From positions 1 through 33,884 of the IMG/VR virus record IMGVR_UViG_3300037010_000544: a stretch of DNA of 33,884 nucleotides. One strand, given 5' to 3'. Position numbers and translations under genes: made by a program. Below are positions 16,120 through 26,261 of the stretch, piece after piece; within the stretch, counting starts at the first letter, position 1, and the number at the start of each line of letters is the position of its first letter. The stretch comes from a virus (Duplodnaviria > Caudoviricetes). The notes below the pieces were generated by a model. That model saw only the letters and a program-made list of their open reading frames with translations. It did no database searches and was not told the origin of the DNA.

Positions 16120-16527
16120 ATGAGCAATTCCAATGCAGTTGAAGTGGACATCCTAACATACTACTTCACAGCCGGCGCCCCGATGACGCGACCAACCGCG
16201 TGGTATTTGTCTTTGCACACCGCTGACCCTGGCGACACGGGCGCGACCGAGGTCACGGGGGCGGCGTACACTAATTACGCGCGCCAGTCGGTGACATTCG
16301 CGGCCCCTACGTCTGTCGATGTTGGCCCCTCCACCACATCGAATACGGGTGCCGTTTCATTCCCTGCTCTCAGTGGAACAGGCGTGACGGTGACGCATGT
16401 TGGCATCTGGACCGCGCTTACCGGCGGAACGCTGCTGCGTGTTGGCGCACTGGCCGTAGCGAAAACAGTCGCTGCAGGTGAAGTTCTGTCCTTCGCAATA
16501 GGCGAAGTGATTCTTACTGAGGAATAA
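16120..16527 (+). CDS. Tail fibre-type small structural protein
   Basis: YLSLHTADPG...EVTG..YARQSVTF...VTHVGIW.ALTGG.LL motif pattern. Confidence 0.7.
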   Translation: MSNSNAVEVDILTYYFTAGAPMTRPTAWYLSLHTADPGDTGATEVTGAAYTNYARQSVTFAAPTSVDVGPSTTSNTGAVSFPALSGTGVTVTHVGIWTALTGGTLLRVGALAVAKTVAAGEVLSFAIGEVILTEE

Positions 16528-16532
16528 AGATC

Positions 16533-16985
16533 ATGGCATATAAAACTTCTACCGGGCTGCGGAACAAGCTTCTCGATACCGGCTCGCTAAAAAGCGCGCT
16601 CGACGGCGGGTTCATCAAGATTTACTCAGGCCCCGTTCCTGACACGGCGGACGCGGCGATTGATCCGGCTAACACGCTGCTTTGCACCATTTCAGTGGAT
16701 GGGCTGGGTGTTGGCCACGGTCTGCATATGGATACTGCTGCCGTTGCCGGCGTACTTGCGAAAGCCCCCGACGAGTCTTGGCGCGGAACAAACGTGGCGA
16801 GTGGTACAGCGTCCTTTTACAGACACGTTGCGTCTACTGATACAGGTGCTTTTAGCATTACAGAGCCCAGGATTCAGGGCGCTGTTGGGCTTGTAGGAGC
16901 GGAGCTAAATTTATCTAGTGTAGGGCTATTGAACGGAGCGGCGCAGACAATCGACTACTATGTAATCACGCTACCGACTCTGTGA
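16533..16985 (+). CDS. Virion structural protein (paralogue of 15661-16110)
   Basis: STGLRNKLLD...IKIYSGPVPDTAD...TLLCTIS...GTASFYR...RIQG. Confidence 0.7.
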   Translation: MAYKTSTGLRNKLLDTGSLKSALDGGFIKIYSGPVPDTADAAIDPANTLLCTISVDGLGVGHGLHMDTAAVAGVLAKAPDESWRGTNVASGTASFYRHVASTDTGAFSITEPRIQGAVGLVGAELNLSSVGLLNGAAQTIDYYVITLPTL

Positions 16986-18964
16986 TAAATGTTCACAAAA
17001 TTGTGCTCGACGCGGAGGCGGGGGTATTTCTGCCTTTCGCGTTGAGCCAGATGCGCAGGATTGTGCGGAGGTTGTCACAAGATACGGGGCAGAAGTACGG
17101 AACGCAGCGTTATGAGATTGACGGGGTGTCCATCGTTGTGTATGTCGATATGCCCGCTAACCAGGCATTTGTTAAGCTGTCATCGTCCACAGGGGCGTTT
17201 GAGTTCTTCACACCGAAGTACCAGAATTTCGATTGGTCTGGAGTAACGATCCCTCCTGGGTACATTACTCGCGTCACCTCAGATGGTAAAGCCGTCGCCG
17301 TAGGTCACTCTGACCCCAGTCTACCGAATCCACTAAGCGCAAGCGCGCTGTGGCACCTGTTCGGCTACGCTCATGACCCACAGGTTCAGGCAATTAACCA
17401 GTATCAGTTCTGGCCTAACCGGGCTGGCCCGGCCTGCTGCCTGACCACATGGCATCGTGATGTGCCAACTCCTGACAGCCACGCCTACGGATTCGTCGGC
17501 ACGACGGACTCGCGTTATGATCTGCCACCTACTGTGTCCTCCAAGCCGGGAACTTTGCTTGGCAGCGTAAGCGGTTCCGCGCCGAATACTGACTGGTATC
17601 GCAGGGCAGGGTACGCAGGTGGTTTTTGCTACATGATGTCCGCTGACTGCAAGCTGTACGTTTACCGCGTCGCTGCTGGCGGTACAGTGCCGCCGAATGT
17701 GACCGACTATGTAGTGGTTGATCTACCCCTGCCGGCCAATGTGCGCAAGCCCATAGGGCCGCTTAGCGGAGCGCCCACCGCGCCGCCAGACCCGGCCAGC
17801 TATCCTGATTACCGCTGGTCGTGGCGTTCCGACTGTCAGAAGGTGGCTGCCGTCGTTAATGAGGACATAGGCCCGTACTACGACATTACGCAACTTGTTG
17901 AGTTCAGCGTTGTGACCACCGTAAACCCGGATAACACCTTCTCTGTTTCGGTCACGCTGGACCGAGCGCTGCGGTCGAGCGACTCAGGGGGGAAATACTA
18001 CATCGGCGCTGAGTATGGCTTCAACAACGACATACGGCAGTACGCCAACCCAGAACCGTTGCTGATCGCGTACCTGTCACACTACTTCAGTATGATAGGG
18101 GGATTCCATCGTGTCATAAAATTGTTTGTGGAGGACCCAGTAGGTGTGTTGTTCAGCTTCGTCCTGGACGCCAATTTGGTGGCGTCCGGCGGGCTTGTAT
18201 GCTGGGCCAAAATCATTGCGATAGACCTGCGCTCCTTGTCATTCGTATTCACGACTCACTCACGCGATGCCAAGAGAAATGCGGTGCTAGTGTATGCCTT
18301 CGGCTCGCTGCAGCACAGCCATGGATTCTTCGGGTACGACCCGGCGCAGGCTGCGGCGTTTCATACCGGCTCGCCGGAGGCTGGATTCACACTGTCCGTA
18401 CCAGACCCAAATTCACCAGGCGACATCGTTACATACAGCGATGTACTGCACCCAGACGAGCGCGGTGGGCCGTATCGAACCACACCCAGAACCTCATTCC
18501 AGGTGCATCCAAAAGGCCACTTCAGTATCTGTGCGGGGCCGTTCGTTGTAGGGTCCGTCAACTTGGATAATACCCCCGTTACCGTTGAGCAGCACTACGT
18601 TGATCTGATCGGTTTCAAGCAAGGCGGTCGATACTCGCATATTACCTCGGTGAACGCAGCACATGGGTTAGCGCTGACCGAGGCTGACTACTACGTTGAC
18701 GTAGATCAATTCGTTTACGAAGGTGACTATTTCATGTGCAACGGTGCACTGATTGCGCGGGTCTCACACCCCACTAACGCCAGCAAGGTTGGGTACAAGC
18801 GCTTGGGGGCTCCCGTCTACGGCAAGCACAACGACTTGGATGTATTCGACCTTGTTGGTTCTACCGTTTGCCCCGAATATGATGGCGCTGGGATATACTT
18901 TACGGCGTGGCCTTTTAACCTCCCCTATCCGCGGGGCGATTGCCAGTTTACGGGGGCGCGGTGA
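16982..18964 (+). CDS. Large hypothetical beta-rich virion/tail protein
   Basis: 660-aa ORF with coupled GTGA overlaps at both ends; aromatic- and beta-rich. Confidence 0.7.
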   Translation: MINVHKIVLDAEAGVFLPFALSQMRRIVRRLSQDTGQKYGTQRYEIDGVSIVVYVDMPANQAFVKLSSSTGAFEFFTPKYQNFDWSGVTIPPGYITRVTSDGKAVAVGHSDPSLPNPLSASALWHLFGYAHDPQVQAINQYQFWPNRAGPACCLTTWHRDVPTPDSHAYGFVGTTDSRYDLPPTVSSKPGTLLGSVSGSAPNTDWYRRAGYAGGFCYMMSADCKLYVYRVAAGGTVPPNVTDYVVVDLPLPANVRKPIGPLSGAPTAPPDPASYPDYRWSWRSDCQKVAAVVNEDIGPYYDITQLVEFSVVTTVNPDNTFSVSVTLDRALRSSDSGGKYYIGAEYGFNNDIRQYANPEPLLIAYLSHYFSMIGGFHRVIKLFVEDPVGVLFSFVLDANLVASGGLVCWAKIIAIDLRSLSFVFTTHSRDAKRNAVLVYAFGSLQHSHGFFGYDPAQAAAFHTGSPEAGFTLSVPDPNSPGDIVTYSDVLHPDERGGPYRTTPRTSFQVHPKGHFSICAGPFVVGSVNLDNTPVTVEQHYVDLIGFKQGGRYSHITSVNAAHGLALTEADYYVDVDQFVYEGDYFMCNGALIARVSHPTNASKVGYKRLGAPVYGKHNDLDVFDLVGSTVCPEYDGAGIYFTAWPFNLPYPRGDCQFTGAR

Positions 18965-19476
18965 ACCGGGTAGATTGCCATGTAGCAACCATGCCTTATG
19001 AGCGCATGGACTGGCGTGAACAGTGTATCGCGTCACTTGCTGGCCAGGGGTGCAACATTCACGTGTTCGACGGTTTTGAGCATGATATTGGTAAGACCCG
19101 CAAACACGGCTTCGCACTGGGTAACGCTGAGTTCGTTACATTCGCCGATCCGGACGACTGGGTAGAACCCGGAGCGATTGCCAGGTGCGTCGCCGTGCTG
19201 GACTCCGCTCCGAGCGCAGTCATGGCTTGGACATCGGAGAACTACGTAGACGCGGAGGGGCGTTTTAAGTGCGTGCAACCAGCACCGTCCATCCATCATT
19301 TGCAGGTGTATCGTAGATCGTGGTTAATTGATACAATGATGGGTATTAGTTTAAGCGCCACTACACCAGAGCCGCAGTTGATCGACCTGGCACGCAGCAA
19401 CGCTATTTTCACAGGCACCATCGGGTATAATTGGCGGCATCATGCAGAGTACGATAAAGGCTGGAGGGGTTTCTGA
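18961..19476 (+). CDS. Glycosyltransferase family 2-like (GT-A fold)
   Basis: EQCIASL, GKTRKHGFALGNAEFVTFADPDDWVEPGAIARCV (DxD), HHLQVYRRS, GYNWRHH; GTG start overlapping the upstream stop. Confidence 0.8.
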   Translation: MNRVDCHVATMPYERMDWREQCIASLAGQGCNIHVFDGFEHDIGKTRKHGFALGNAEFVTFADPDDWVEPGAIARCVAVLDSAPSAVMAWTSENYVDAEGRFKCVQPAPSIHHLQVYRRSWLIDTMMGISLSATTPEPQLIDLARSNAIFTGTIGYNWRHHAEYDKGWRGF

Positions 19477-19937
19477 TGGCATACGGGGATTTAGACACTC
19501 GCTGCTTAGGTTTCGAGGGCTTCACTCCAGGAGTAGGTTTCGATGGAATCCCGGTAGCGGGCAATTGGTCACTTCCTGCTGATCCTGTTATACAAACGGC
19601 TGTGCTGCATCGTATAGCCGTAGCTGGGCAAAAGTGGTGGGAGGGTTATCGTCCCCGCGCCATGAAAATCCATGCCACCACATCTCTAGGGTATGGGGCC
19701 GAGTACGTGATCGACGCCAATGGTGGGACTCTGGCAACCTTCGATCCGACATACTACGACGGCTCGACCGAGATTCTGTTCAACTGGGGTGATGGCACCT
19801 ATGATTTTTCATATATTCTTTTCTACATATTCTACGTTGCATTCACTATAACGCGCATCGAGCTCGACCCGCCGCCCGTGCTTAACATACCGAAAGGTTT
19901 CTGGACTAAAGAAATCAAATGCAGGGAGGTGGTATGA
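19476..19937 (+). CDS. Hypothetical tail-associated protein
   Basis: 153 aa, coupled start, C-terminal FWTKEIKCRE. Confidence 0.65.
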   Translation: MAYGDLDTRCLGFEGFTPGVGFDGIPVAGNWSLPADPVIQTAVLHRIAVAGQKWWEGYRPRAMKIHATTSLGYGAEYVIDANGGTLATFDPTYYDGSTEILFNWGDGTYDFSYILFYIFYVAFTITRIELDPPPVLNIPKGFWTKEIKCREVV

Positions 19938-20227
19938 GCACTCTGACCAAGAACCTGTTCATCCATGCGGAAGCTGCTAAGCCGGGAACTCCGGCAGTTC
20001 CAGCACAGTGCTACGACGACGGGTCTGATACACCATCGCCTGATCCGGGGGGTAACCCAATAAAATGGGATGAGTCCGGGGTAGGTACTGGGACTGGCGG
20101 GCTACCTAAGTATGCGTTTGGCCTCTCGAATACAGATGACCCGAATGCTCCAGCGCCTCCACCGCGTCTACGACACCCGGGCGATCTGGTATGGAATGCT
20201 ATATATGGGGTAGGTGATGACTCTTAA
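19934..20227 (+). CDS. Pro/Gly-rich hypothetical protein
   Basis: Start MSTLTKNL at an ATGA overlap with GGAGGT SD; PGTPAVP motif. Confidence 0.6.
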   Translation: MSTLTKNLFIHAEAAKPGTPAVPAQCYDDGSDTPSPDPGGNPIKWDESGVGTGTGGLPKYAFGLSNTDDPNAPAPPPRLRHPGDLVWNAIYGVGDDS

Positions 20228-22208
20228 ATGCTACCCCGGCACTCCAGCCGTACCACCAACCCCAGCAAAGTATGAGACATCGCTGATTACCGGGTGGGAC
20301 TCGTTCGCGGTCGGTGCTGCGCTGCTGACGGATGGGCAGACGTACCATTTCCAGGTTCAGGGCGGCGTATCGGGCGTAGTAACCGGCCTGATGGTTCCCG
20401 CCGAGCTCACCGCGTATGCACAAATTCTGCACGGGCTGTACTTCTCGCACGGTCAAGTGCGAGTCATCGAAGCTGGCGTGCAAGACCCAACTGGCTATGC
20501 TTTTGTCAGCACCGACGTGTTCGGTATCACGCTCAGCGCAGGGGTCGTCACTTACACCCAGAACGATGTCGAAATAGGCACGTCGATTGCAGCGCTGACC
20601 GCCCCAGCGATGATCGGCGCCGCGCTGTACCTGTCCGGTGACCAGATATTCAACGCCACCATTGGGACGATCGTCCCAGCAACCGCCTCGTCGGCGGGCA
20701 CGGGCGACTTGAGGTTCGACCCCGCTGTGTCGAACGCAACGCTTACAGGCATGGGTGGCGCAGTCGTTTACGCCCGGCTGAACGGGCATATCGACGCAAG
20801 CGTCAAGATGGCTGGAAAAGGCGGGGTGACGGTATCCGCCACGCGGACGGCGAAGGCACATGCGACGTTGGCCGGGTCAGGTGGCGTCTCCGCAAACCCG
20901 CATTTTGCATATAGCAGGGCCTCGTTCTTGCCGCTTGGAACCTACGCCTATGAAGGGTCATATAGTTCCAGTTCGAACAGCATGCAGCCGCTTACGTCGC
21001 TTGGAACCGGCGGGCTGTTGACCCCTGACGTAGCATATGCTGATAACTCTATGTGCCCCATAACGGGTTACGGTCACGGGCTTGTTGACACGACGGGTTC
21101 AAGTTCCGAATTTGCGCTAATGTACCCTATGCTGGGGCTGGCGTCTGACCACCGATACGGCGCTTCCAGCAACTACCTTTACCCGCTGATAGGGATTGGC
21201 TTTAAGCTTCCGGTCATCAGCTGGGTAAACGCTAGACTGCCGGCTCTTGGTGCGCGTGCAGTAATTACCAGCCAGCCGCTTACTGGAACAACCGCGTCAC
21301 TTCCCGCGCTGACAGGTGCGGTATTCGGCGGAGCATATGTCAACGCAGCGCTACCCTCTCTCATAGCAACCGTTACCGGAACGGTGCAGTCAACTATGCG
21401 CGCCGACGCTACTTTGCCAGCTTTGTCTGGACTGGCATCCGGGGTTGTAGGCGGAATTTCAAATGCGGCAGGAACCCTGCCTGCGCTGACAGCAGAGGCG
21501 TTTGGTGGCGGCCAAGCACTGGGTACGCTCCCCTCCTTAGAGGCTTCAGGGTCTGGTATCGTCGGTGGTATAGCTGAGGCGGCAGCAGTTCTACCGGCTT
21601 TGACTGGTATCGCAGCCGTTACGACAGAAGCACTCATGCGTGCGGATGTAGTGTTACCGGCTCTTTCTGCAGCGCCATCGGGTCAGGCATGGATTACACT
21701 CCCGGCGCTTACCGCGCATGCATTGGGTGGTGATGTCGTTGCCGTCACATACGAAGCCTACGCGATCAACCTCACAACGGGCGCAGTTAGCCACTATACC
21801 AACTACCCGTTCGACAACATCCTGCGCTTTGGTGGCAGCTATTATGGGGTGAAGTCAGATGGTGTATTCCTGATCGGTGGCAACCTAGACCTGACCGTTC
21901 CCATTAGCGCGCACATCAAGACTTTCCAAACAGATTTTGGCGTCAAGAACTATAAACGGCTTCCTTATATATATGCTTCAGGCCGTAGCGACGGAGGTGT
22001 TACAATAGGTGTAACTCCCGATGAGGGTGTAACCTATGAGTACGATTCCTACTGGGGTGAAGTGCCGGGAAATACAAACCATCGGACGACCATAGGGAAA
22101 GGAATCAAAGGCGTGTACTATAGTTTGGATGTGAAGAACATAAATGGCGGATCGTTTGAGTTGGATGAGATCAGCGTGCAGGTTACACCTACAGTGAGGG
22201 CTGTCTAA
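20214..22208 (+). CDS. Large tail protein with LPAL/LPSL repeats
   Basis: 664 aa; about eight LP(A/S)L repeats at ~17-23 aa spacing; beta-rich C-terminal domain. Confidence 0.7.
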   Translation: MMTLKCYPGTPAVPPTPAKYETSLITGWDSFAVGAALLTDGQTYHFQVQGGVSGVVTGLMVPAELTAYAQILHGLYFSHGQVRVIEAGVQDPTGYAFVSTDVFGITLSAGVVTYTQNDVEIGTSIAALTAPAMIGAALYLSGDQIFNATIGTIVPATASSAGTGDLRFDPAVSNATLTGMGGAVVYARLNGHIDASVKMAGKGGVTVSATRTAKAHATLAGSGGVSANPHFAYSRASFLPLGTYAYEGSYSSSSNSMQPLTSLGTGGLLTPDVAYADNSMCPITGYGHGLVDTTGSSSEFALMYPMLGLASDHRYGASSNYLYPLIGIGFKLPVISWVNARLPALGARAVITSQPLTGTTASLPALTGAVFGGAYVNAALPSLIATVTGTVQSTMRADATLPALSGLASGVVGGISNAAGTLPALTAEAFGGGQALGTLPSLEASGSGIVGGIAEAAAVLPALTGIAAVTTEALMRADVVLPALSAAPSGQAWITLPALTAHALGGDVVAVTYEAYAINLTTGAVSHYTNYPFDNILRFGGSYYGVKSDGVFLIGGNLDLTVPISAHIKTFQTDFGVKNYKRLPYIYASGRSDGGVTIGVTPDEGVTYEYDSYWGEVPGNTNHRTTIGKGIKGVYYSLDVKNINGGSFELDEISVQVTPTVRAV

Positions 22209-24109
22209 TGGCAAATGATGCATCCGCAATTATATCCGATGCCATAGCCGCTGCGCAGGACATGCGCCTAGGGGCTGCTACGGCCATAGATGAGGCGCTT
22301 GGACGGTTGTCGTCGTACCAGGCGCCGCGCACCAGCGACATTCCATACATGCAGATAGGGTCGGACTTCAACCTTGGTGATGCTCCGGAGTTCCACGGCC
22401 AACATTACACCCCGCCGAACAAAGATTTTGGTCCGCGTCCTACGCCAGACCCGAACCCTCCTCCCGATTACGGGGACGCTCCGCGCCTAACTGCGCAACC
22501 ACCGCGGTTCGACGAACCACTCTACCCGAGCGAAATGAGGCCGTTTACCAAGACACCTCCTTCACCGGACGGGCCCACTGTTCCTCCTCCACCTGCTGCG
22601 CTGTCGAACCTGAACTTTGTGCCGCCGCAACCGGTGTCTATCACTGTACCCCCTGCACCGTCAGTCCATCTGCCTGAATTTTCCGCAGTTGCTCCAGATA
22701 CCGGCATAGAAGCGCCTACCGACTTCGAAGCAAGATTCGCGGCAAACTATGCGGGTATGTCCGTCTCCATGCGTAACAGTTTGGATGCGGCGGTAGATGC
22801 GCACCTAAGTAAGATTAACCCTGAATACAGCGCGCAGATGGCTGCGCTGGAAGCCAAGCTCTCCAAATATATGGCGGGGGGCACCGCGCTACCGATAGAG
22901 GTAGAGCAGGCTATCTACAACAGGGCACGTGACAAGACCAACGCTGAGTACCTTAAATCGCGTGACCAGATCATGAAGGAAGGCGCCAGTAGGGGCTTCA
23001 CCATCCCTGGCGGCGCGCAGTACAGCGCACTTGCTCAGTCGCGGCAAGCAGCAGCAGACAATAACGCCCGCGCTGCGATGGATATTGCCATCAAGCAAGC
23101 TGAGATGGAGCAGCAGAATATTCAGTTTGCTATGACTCAATCTGCTAATTTGCGGGGCGTAGTGCTGCAAGCGGCGGCGTCGTTCCTGTCAAGTCTGGTG
23201 CAGATCAACGGGCAAGCCATTGAATACGCCCGAGACGTACTCTCTGCCGCAATTGCGCTGTACGACACGATGGTGAAGCTCGCTACTGTGCGCATTGAGA
23301 TTTACAAGGCCGAGGCTCAGGTATACGAAACTCGTCTGCGAGCTGCGATGGCGATATACGATGTATACCAGGCAGAGATCAGAGGGATTGAAGCGCAAGT
23401 GCACGTCGATCAAGCGCGCGTAGAAGCTTTCACGGCGCAGATGAACGGCTATGGTGCCTTAGCCAATGCGTACAAAGCCCAACTAGATGGGGTGGTGGCG
23501 CGAGCTCAGGTAGAGAAACTGAAGGTCGATATTTTCGGAGCGGAAGTTAGCGCGTATTCCGCTGAAGTCGGGGCTAAACAAGCAGAGTGGCAAGGGTTTA
23601 TTGCGCGGGTACAGGGGGAATCCGCCAAGCAACAAGCCTATGGTGAGCAAGTCAGGGCCTACGCAGCCGAGGTAGATGGGTACAAGACACGTATTTCTGC
23701 CTGGGCGGAAGAGATCAAAGGCGTAACGGCCAGAAATGAAGGGGCGCTTAAAACATATGAAGCGGCGATTCAAGCATATATAGCCCAGGTGCAGGGGGCA
23801 AGTGCGTCGGCCAAGGCTGAGGTTGAATCGTTTGCGACTACTCTACAGGGATATGTGGCAAGGGCGAATGCAGAAGAGGCGCGGGCGAAGGCGAATATAC
23901 AGGCGGCAGCGGCTAACCAGTCAGCGCTTATTGCTGTGCGGGATGCGGACAATAAGAACGTGCTAGCTACGGCTTCCGCGTATAATAGCTATATGACAAA
24001 CGCCGCAAGCGTGGCGGTTAACGCTGCGAACGTGTATTCAAGCATGGCGGGTTCTGCAATGGCAGGTATTAGCGCGCTCGGTGCAACAGTTGAAATGATT
24101 ACTGGGTAA
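22208..24109 (+). CDS. Pro-rich / coiled-coil virion protein (internal or ejection protein candidate)
   Basis: 633 aa; Pro-rich N-third, long Ala/Gln/Tyr heptad-like helical region. Confidence 0.6.
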   Translation: MANDASAIISDAIAAAQDMRLGAATAIDEALGRLSSYQAPRTSDIPYMQIGSDFNLGDAPEFHGQHYTPPNKDFGPRPTPDPNPPPDYGDAPRLTAQPPRFDEPLYPSEMRPFTKTPPSPDGPTVPPPPAALSNLNFVPPQPVSITVPPAPSVHLPEFSAVAPDTGIEAPTDFEARFAANYAGMSVSMRNSLDAAVDAHLSKINPEYSAQMAALEAKLSKYMAGGTALPIEVEQAIYNRARDKTNAEYLKSRDQIMKEGASRGFTIPGGAQYSALAQSRQAAADNNARAAMDIAIKQAEMEQQNIQFAMTQSANLRGVVLQAAASFLSSLVQINGQAIEYARDVLSAAIALYDTMVKLATVRIEIYKAEAQVYETRLRAAMAIYDVYQAEIRGIEAQVHVDQARVEAFTAQMNGYGALANAYKAQLDGVVARAQVEKLKVDIFGAEVSAYSAEVGAKQAEWQGFIARVQGESAKQQAYGEQVRAYAAEVDGYKTRISAWAEEIKGVTARNEGALKTYEAAIQAYIAQVQGASASAKAEVESFATTLQGYVARANAEEARAKANIQAAAANQSALIAVRDADNKNVLATASAYNSYMTNAASVAVNAANVYSSMAGSAMAGISALGATVEMITG

Positions 24110-24125
24110 TAGCGGAGTTTAAGAC

Positions 24126-26216
24126 ATGAGTGGTGCGATACCTGTAAGTGCCTCTGGCGGGCTATTACGCATAGCTTCTAACGCAGACCTTGTGCGGCAG
24201 GAGGAGGCTGCCGCGCGGCAGGCGGCTGAGGAAAACAATAACCAGCCGGTATTACGGGGGCTAGCAGGGCATGTGATGGGGTGCTGGGAATCGGCGCGCG
24301 CCGCTAAAACGGTTATCACGGAAAGATTGTTGTCCGCGCAGCGCGCTCGCCAAGGTAAGTACGACCCCGCCAAGGAAGCAGCCATTAAGGAGTTTGGCGG
24401 ATCAGAGGAGTACGCGCGTATCACGGACAACAAGTGCCGCACTGCCGCTGCGTGGCTTAAAGACGTGTACCTTGGTCAAACCGACATGCCGTGGACGCTC
24501 AAGCCCACTCCAATCCCTTCTCTGCCGGACGATTCGCTCAATAAGATCAAGGCACAGGTTGGTCAGGAAATTGCACAGGCGTTCGCCGCCACAGGCCAAG
24601 CCCCGGCACAGGAGGACGTGGCTGCCCGTATGGATGCGTTACGTGATGCCGAGACTGAGCGCATCAACGAGAGCGCTCGTGAAACTACGGAGCGAATGGC
24701 TAGTAAGATAGAAGATCAAATGGCCGAGGGAGGCTGGGCGGCTGCTTTCGCGGACTTCTTGGACGACCTGGTTACGTACCCCGCAGCGCACTTCAAGGCA
24801 CCTGTTTTGCGTAAGCGTTCTACGGTGGTGTGGAACTCCGAAGGTGGAACCTGGACACCAAGGGTAGAAGAGTCCATCGGTATGGATTTCGAGCGCGTAG
24901 ACCCGTTCCGTATTTATCCTTCGCCGGGGGCCACCGATCCGCAGGACGGTTCGATGTGCGAGATTCTTCCATATTCCCGCGACGACCTATATTCCTTGAT
25001 TGGCGTTCCTGGTTTTGATGAAGCCGCCATCCGGGCAGTGCTGGAAGAGTACGGTAGGGGCGGCCTTATTAATTGGCTTGGTATCAGCCCCGAATACCAG
25101 AAAAATGCCATCAATGATACCCTGCTGAACAGCCAGACTCCGGGAAATGTTGACATCGAGTGCCTGGAGTTCCACGGCCCGGTACGGGGACGTGATCTTT
25201 TAGAGTGGGGCATGGACGAGTCCATGATCGACGACCCGGATAAGGACTACGAAGCTACGGTGTGGCTGATAGGCCGGTGGGTCATCAAGGCGCAACTCAA
25301 CCCAGACCCCCTCAAGAAACGTCCGTATTACAAGGCCAGCTACCAGACCGTTCCAGGCTCTTATTGGGGTAATGGTCTGGTAGATTTGCTCGATGACGTG
25401 CAGGGCGTGGTCAACGCCGCAGTGCGTTCACTGGTGAATAACATGGGAATGGCTAGTGGCCCGATGCTTGGTGTCAACGTGGACCGTCTGGCCCCCGGTG
25501 AGGAATTAACGACGCTCCGTCCGTGGCAGATCGTGCAACTGGTTAACAGCGAGTACGGTAACAATGCCGATCGACCGCTTGAGTTCTTTCAGCCCCAGTC
25601 GAATGTGAACGACCTACTGGTAGTTCTTAACCGATTCTACGACCTAGCTGACGACTTTTCAATGGTTCCTCGCGTCATGGCGGGCCAGTCCCCTACCGGA
25701 GGTGTTGGCCGTTCCGCGTCAGGTATGTCTATGATGATGAACGCCGCGAACAAGGGGCTAAAGGGTATCGTATCTGCGATCGACACGAACGTGCTAACCC
25801 CGATGCTTACTTCGGTGTATAACTACAATATGCTGTTTGACCCCGATATGTCGATCAAGGGAGATGCTCAGGTCGTGGCCTCTGGTGCTACCAGCTTGAT
25901 GCAGCTTGAGTCTTTGCAGTTGCGTAGAAACGAGTTCCTGACATCGACTAACAATCCGAACGATATGCAGATCGTTGGTGTGGAAGGTCGCGCGGAGGTG
26001 CTGAGGGAAGTGGCCAAGGGCCTGGATATCGACGTTAATCGTATCATCCCTTCTCGAACTCAGCTCCAGGCGATGCAGCAACAGAATGACGCCGCGCAAG
26101 CGGCACAGCAGCAACAGGGAGCGGGGCAACCTCCTGCTCCAGGTGGGGTGCAGTTGCAGGACGGTAGTGCGGTGACTAACAATTTTGGGCCAAGCAGCCT
26201 GCGACAGCCCTCGTAG
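24126..26216 (+). CDS. Portal protein
   Basis: 696 aa; ERVDPFRIYPSP, PGSYWGNGLVDLL.DVQ..VNAAVR.LVNN, RSASGMSMMM, Gln-rich tail, all typical of podoviral portals; upstream of scaffold and capsid. Confidence 0.85.
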   Translation: MSGAIPVSASGGLLRIASNADLVRQEEAAARQAAEENNNQPVLRGLAGHVMGCWESARAAKTVITERLLSAQRARQGKYDPAKEAAIKEFGGSEEYARITDNKCRTAAAWLKDVYLGQTDMPWTLKPTPIPSLPDDSLNKIKAQVGQEIAQAFAATGQAPAQEDVAARMDALRDAETERINESARETTERMASKIEDQMAEGGWAAAFADFLDDLVTYPAAHFKAPVLRKRSTVVWNSEGGTWTPRVEESIGMDFERVDPFRIYPSPGATDPQDGSMCEILPYSRDDLYSLIGVPGFDEAAIRAVLEEYGRGGLINWLGISPEYQKNAINDTLLNSQTPGNVDIECLEFHGPVRGRDLLEWGMDESMIDDPDKDYEATVWLIGRWVIKAQLNPDPLKKRPYYKASYQTVPGSYWGNGLVDLLDDVQGVVNAAVRSLVNNMGMASGPMLGVNVDRLAPGEELTTLRPWQIVQLVNSEYGNNADRPLEFFQPQSNVNDLLVVLNRFYDLADDFSMVPRVMAGQSPTGGVGRSASGMSMMMNAANKGLKGIVSAIDTNVLTPMLTSVYNYNMLFDPDMSIKGDAQVVASGATSLMQLESLQLRRNEFLTSTNNPNDMQIVGVEGRAEVLREVAKGLDIDVNRIIPSRTQLQAMQQQNDAAQAAQQQQGAGQPPAPGGVQLQDGSAVTNNFGPSSLRQPS

Positions 26217-26261
26217 CTTGTTAGTATATTTGACATAATGCTATTACAGGAGTATATGACT

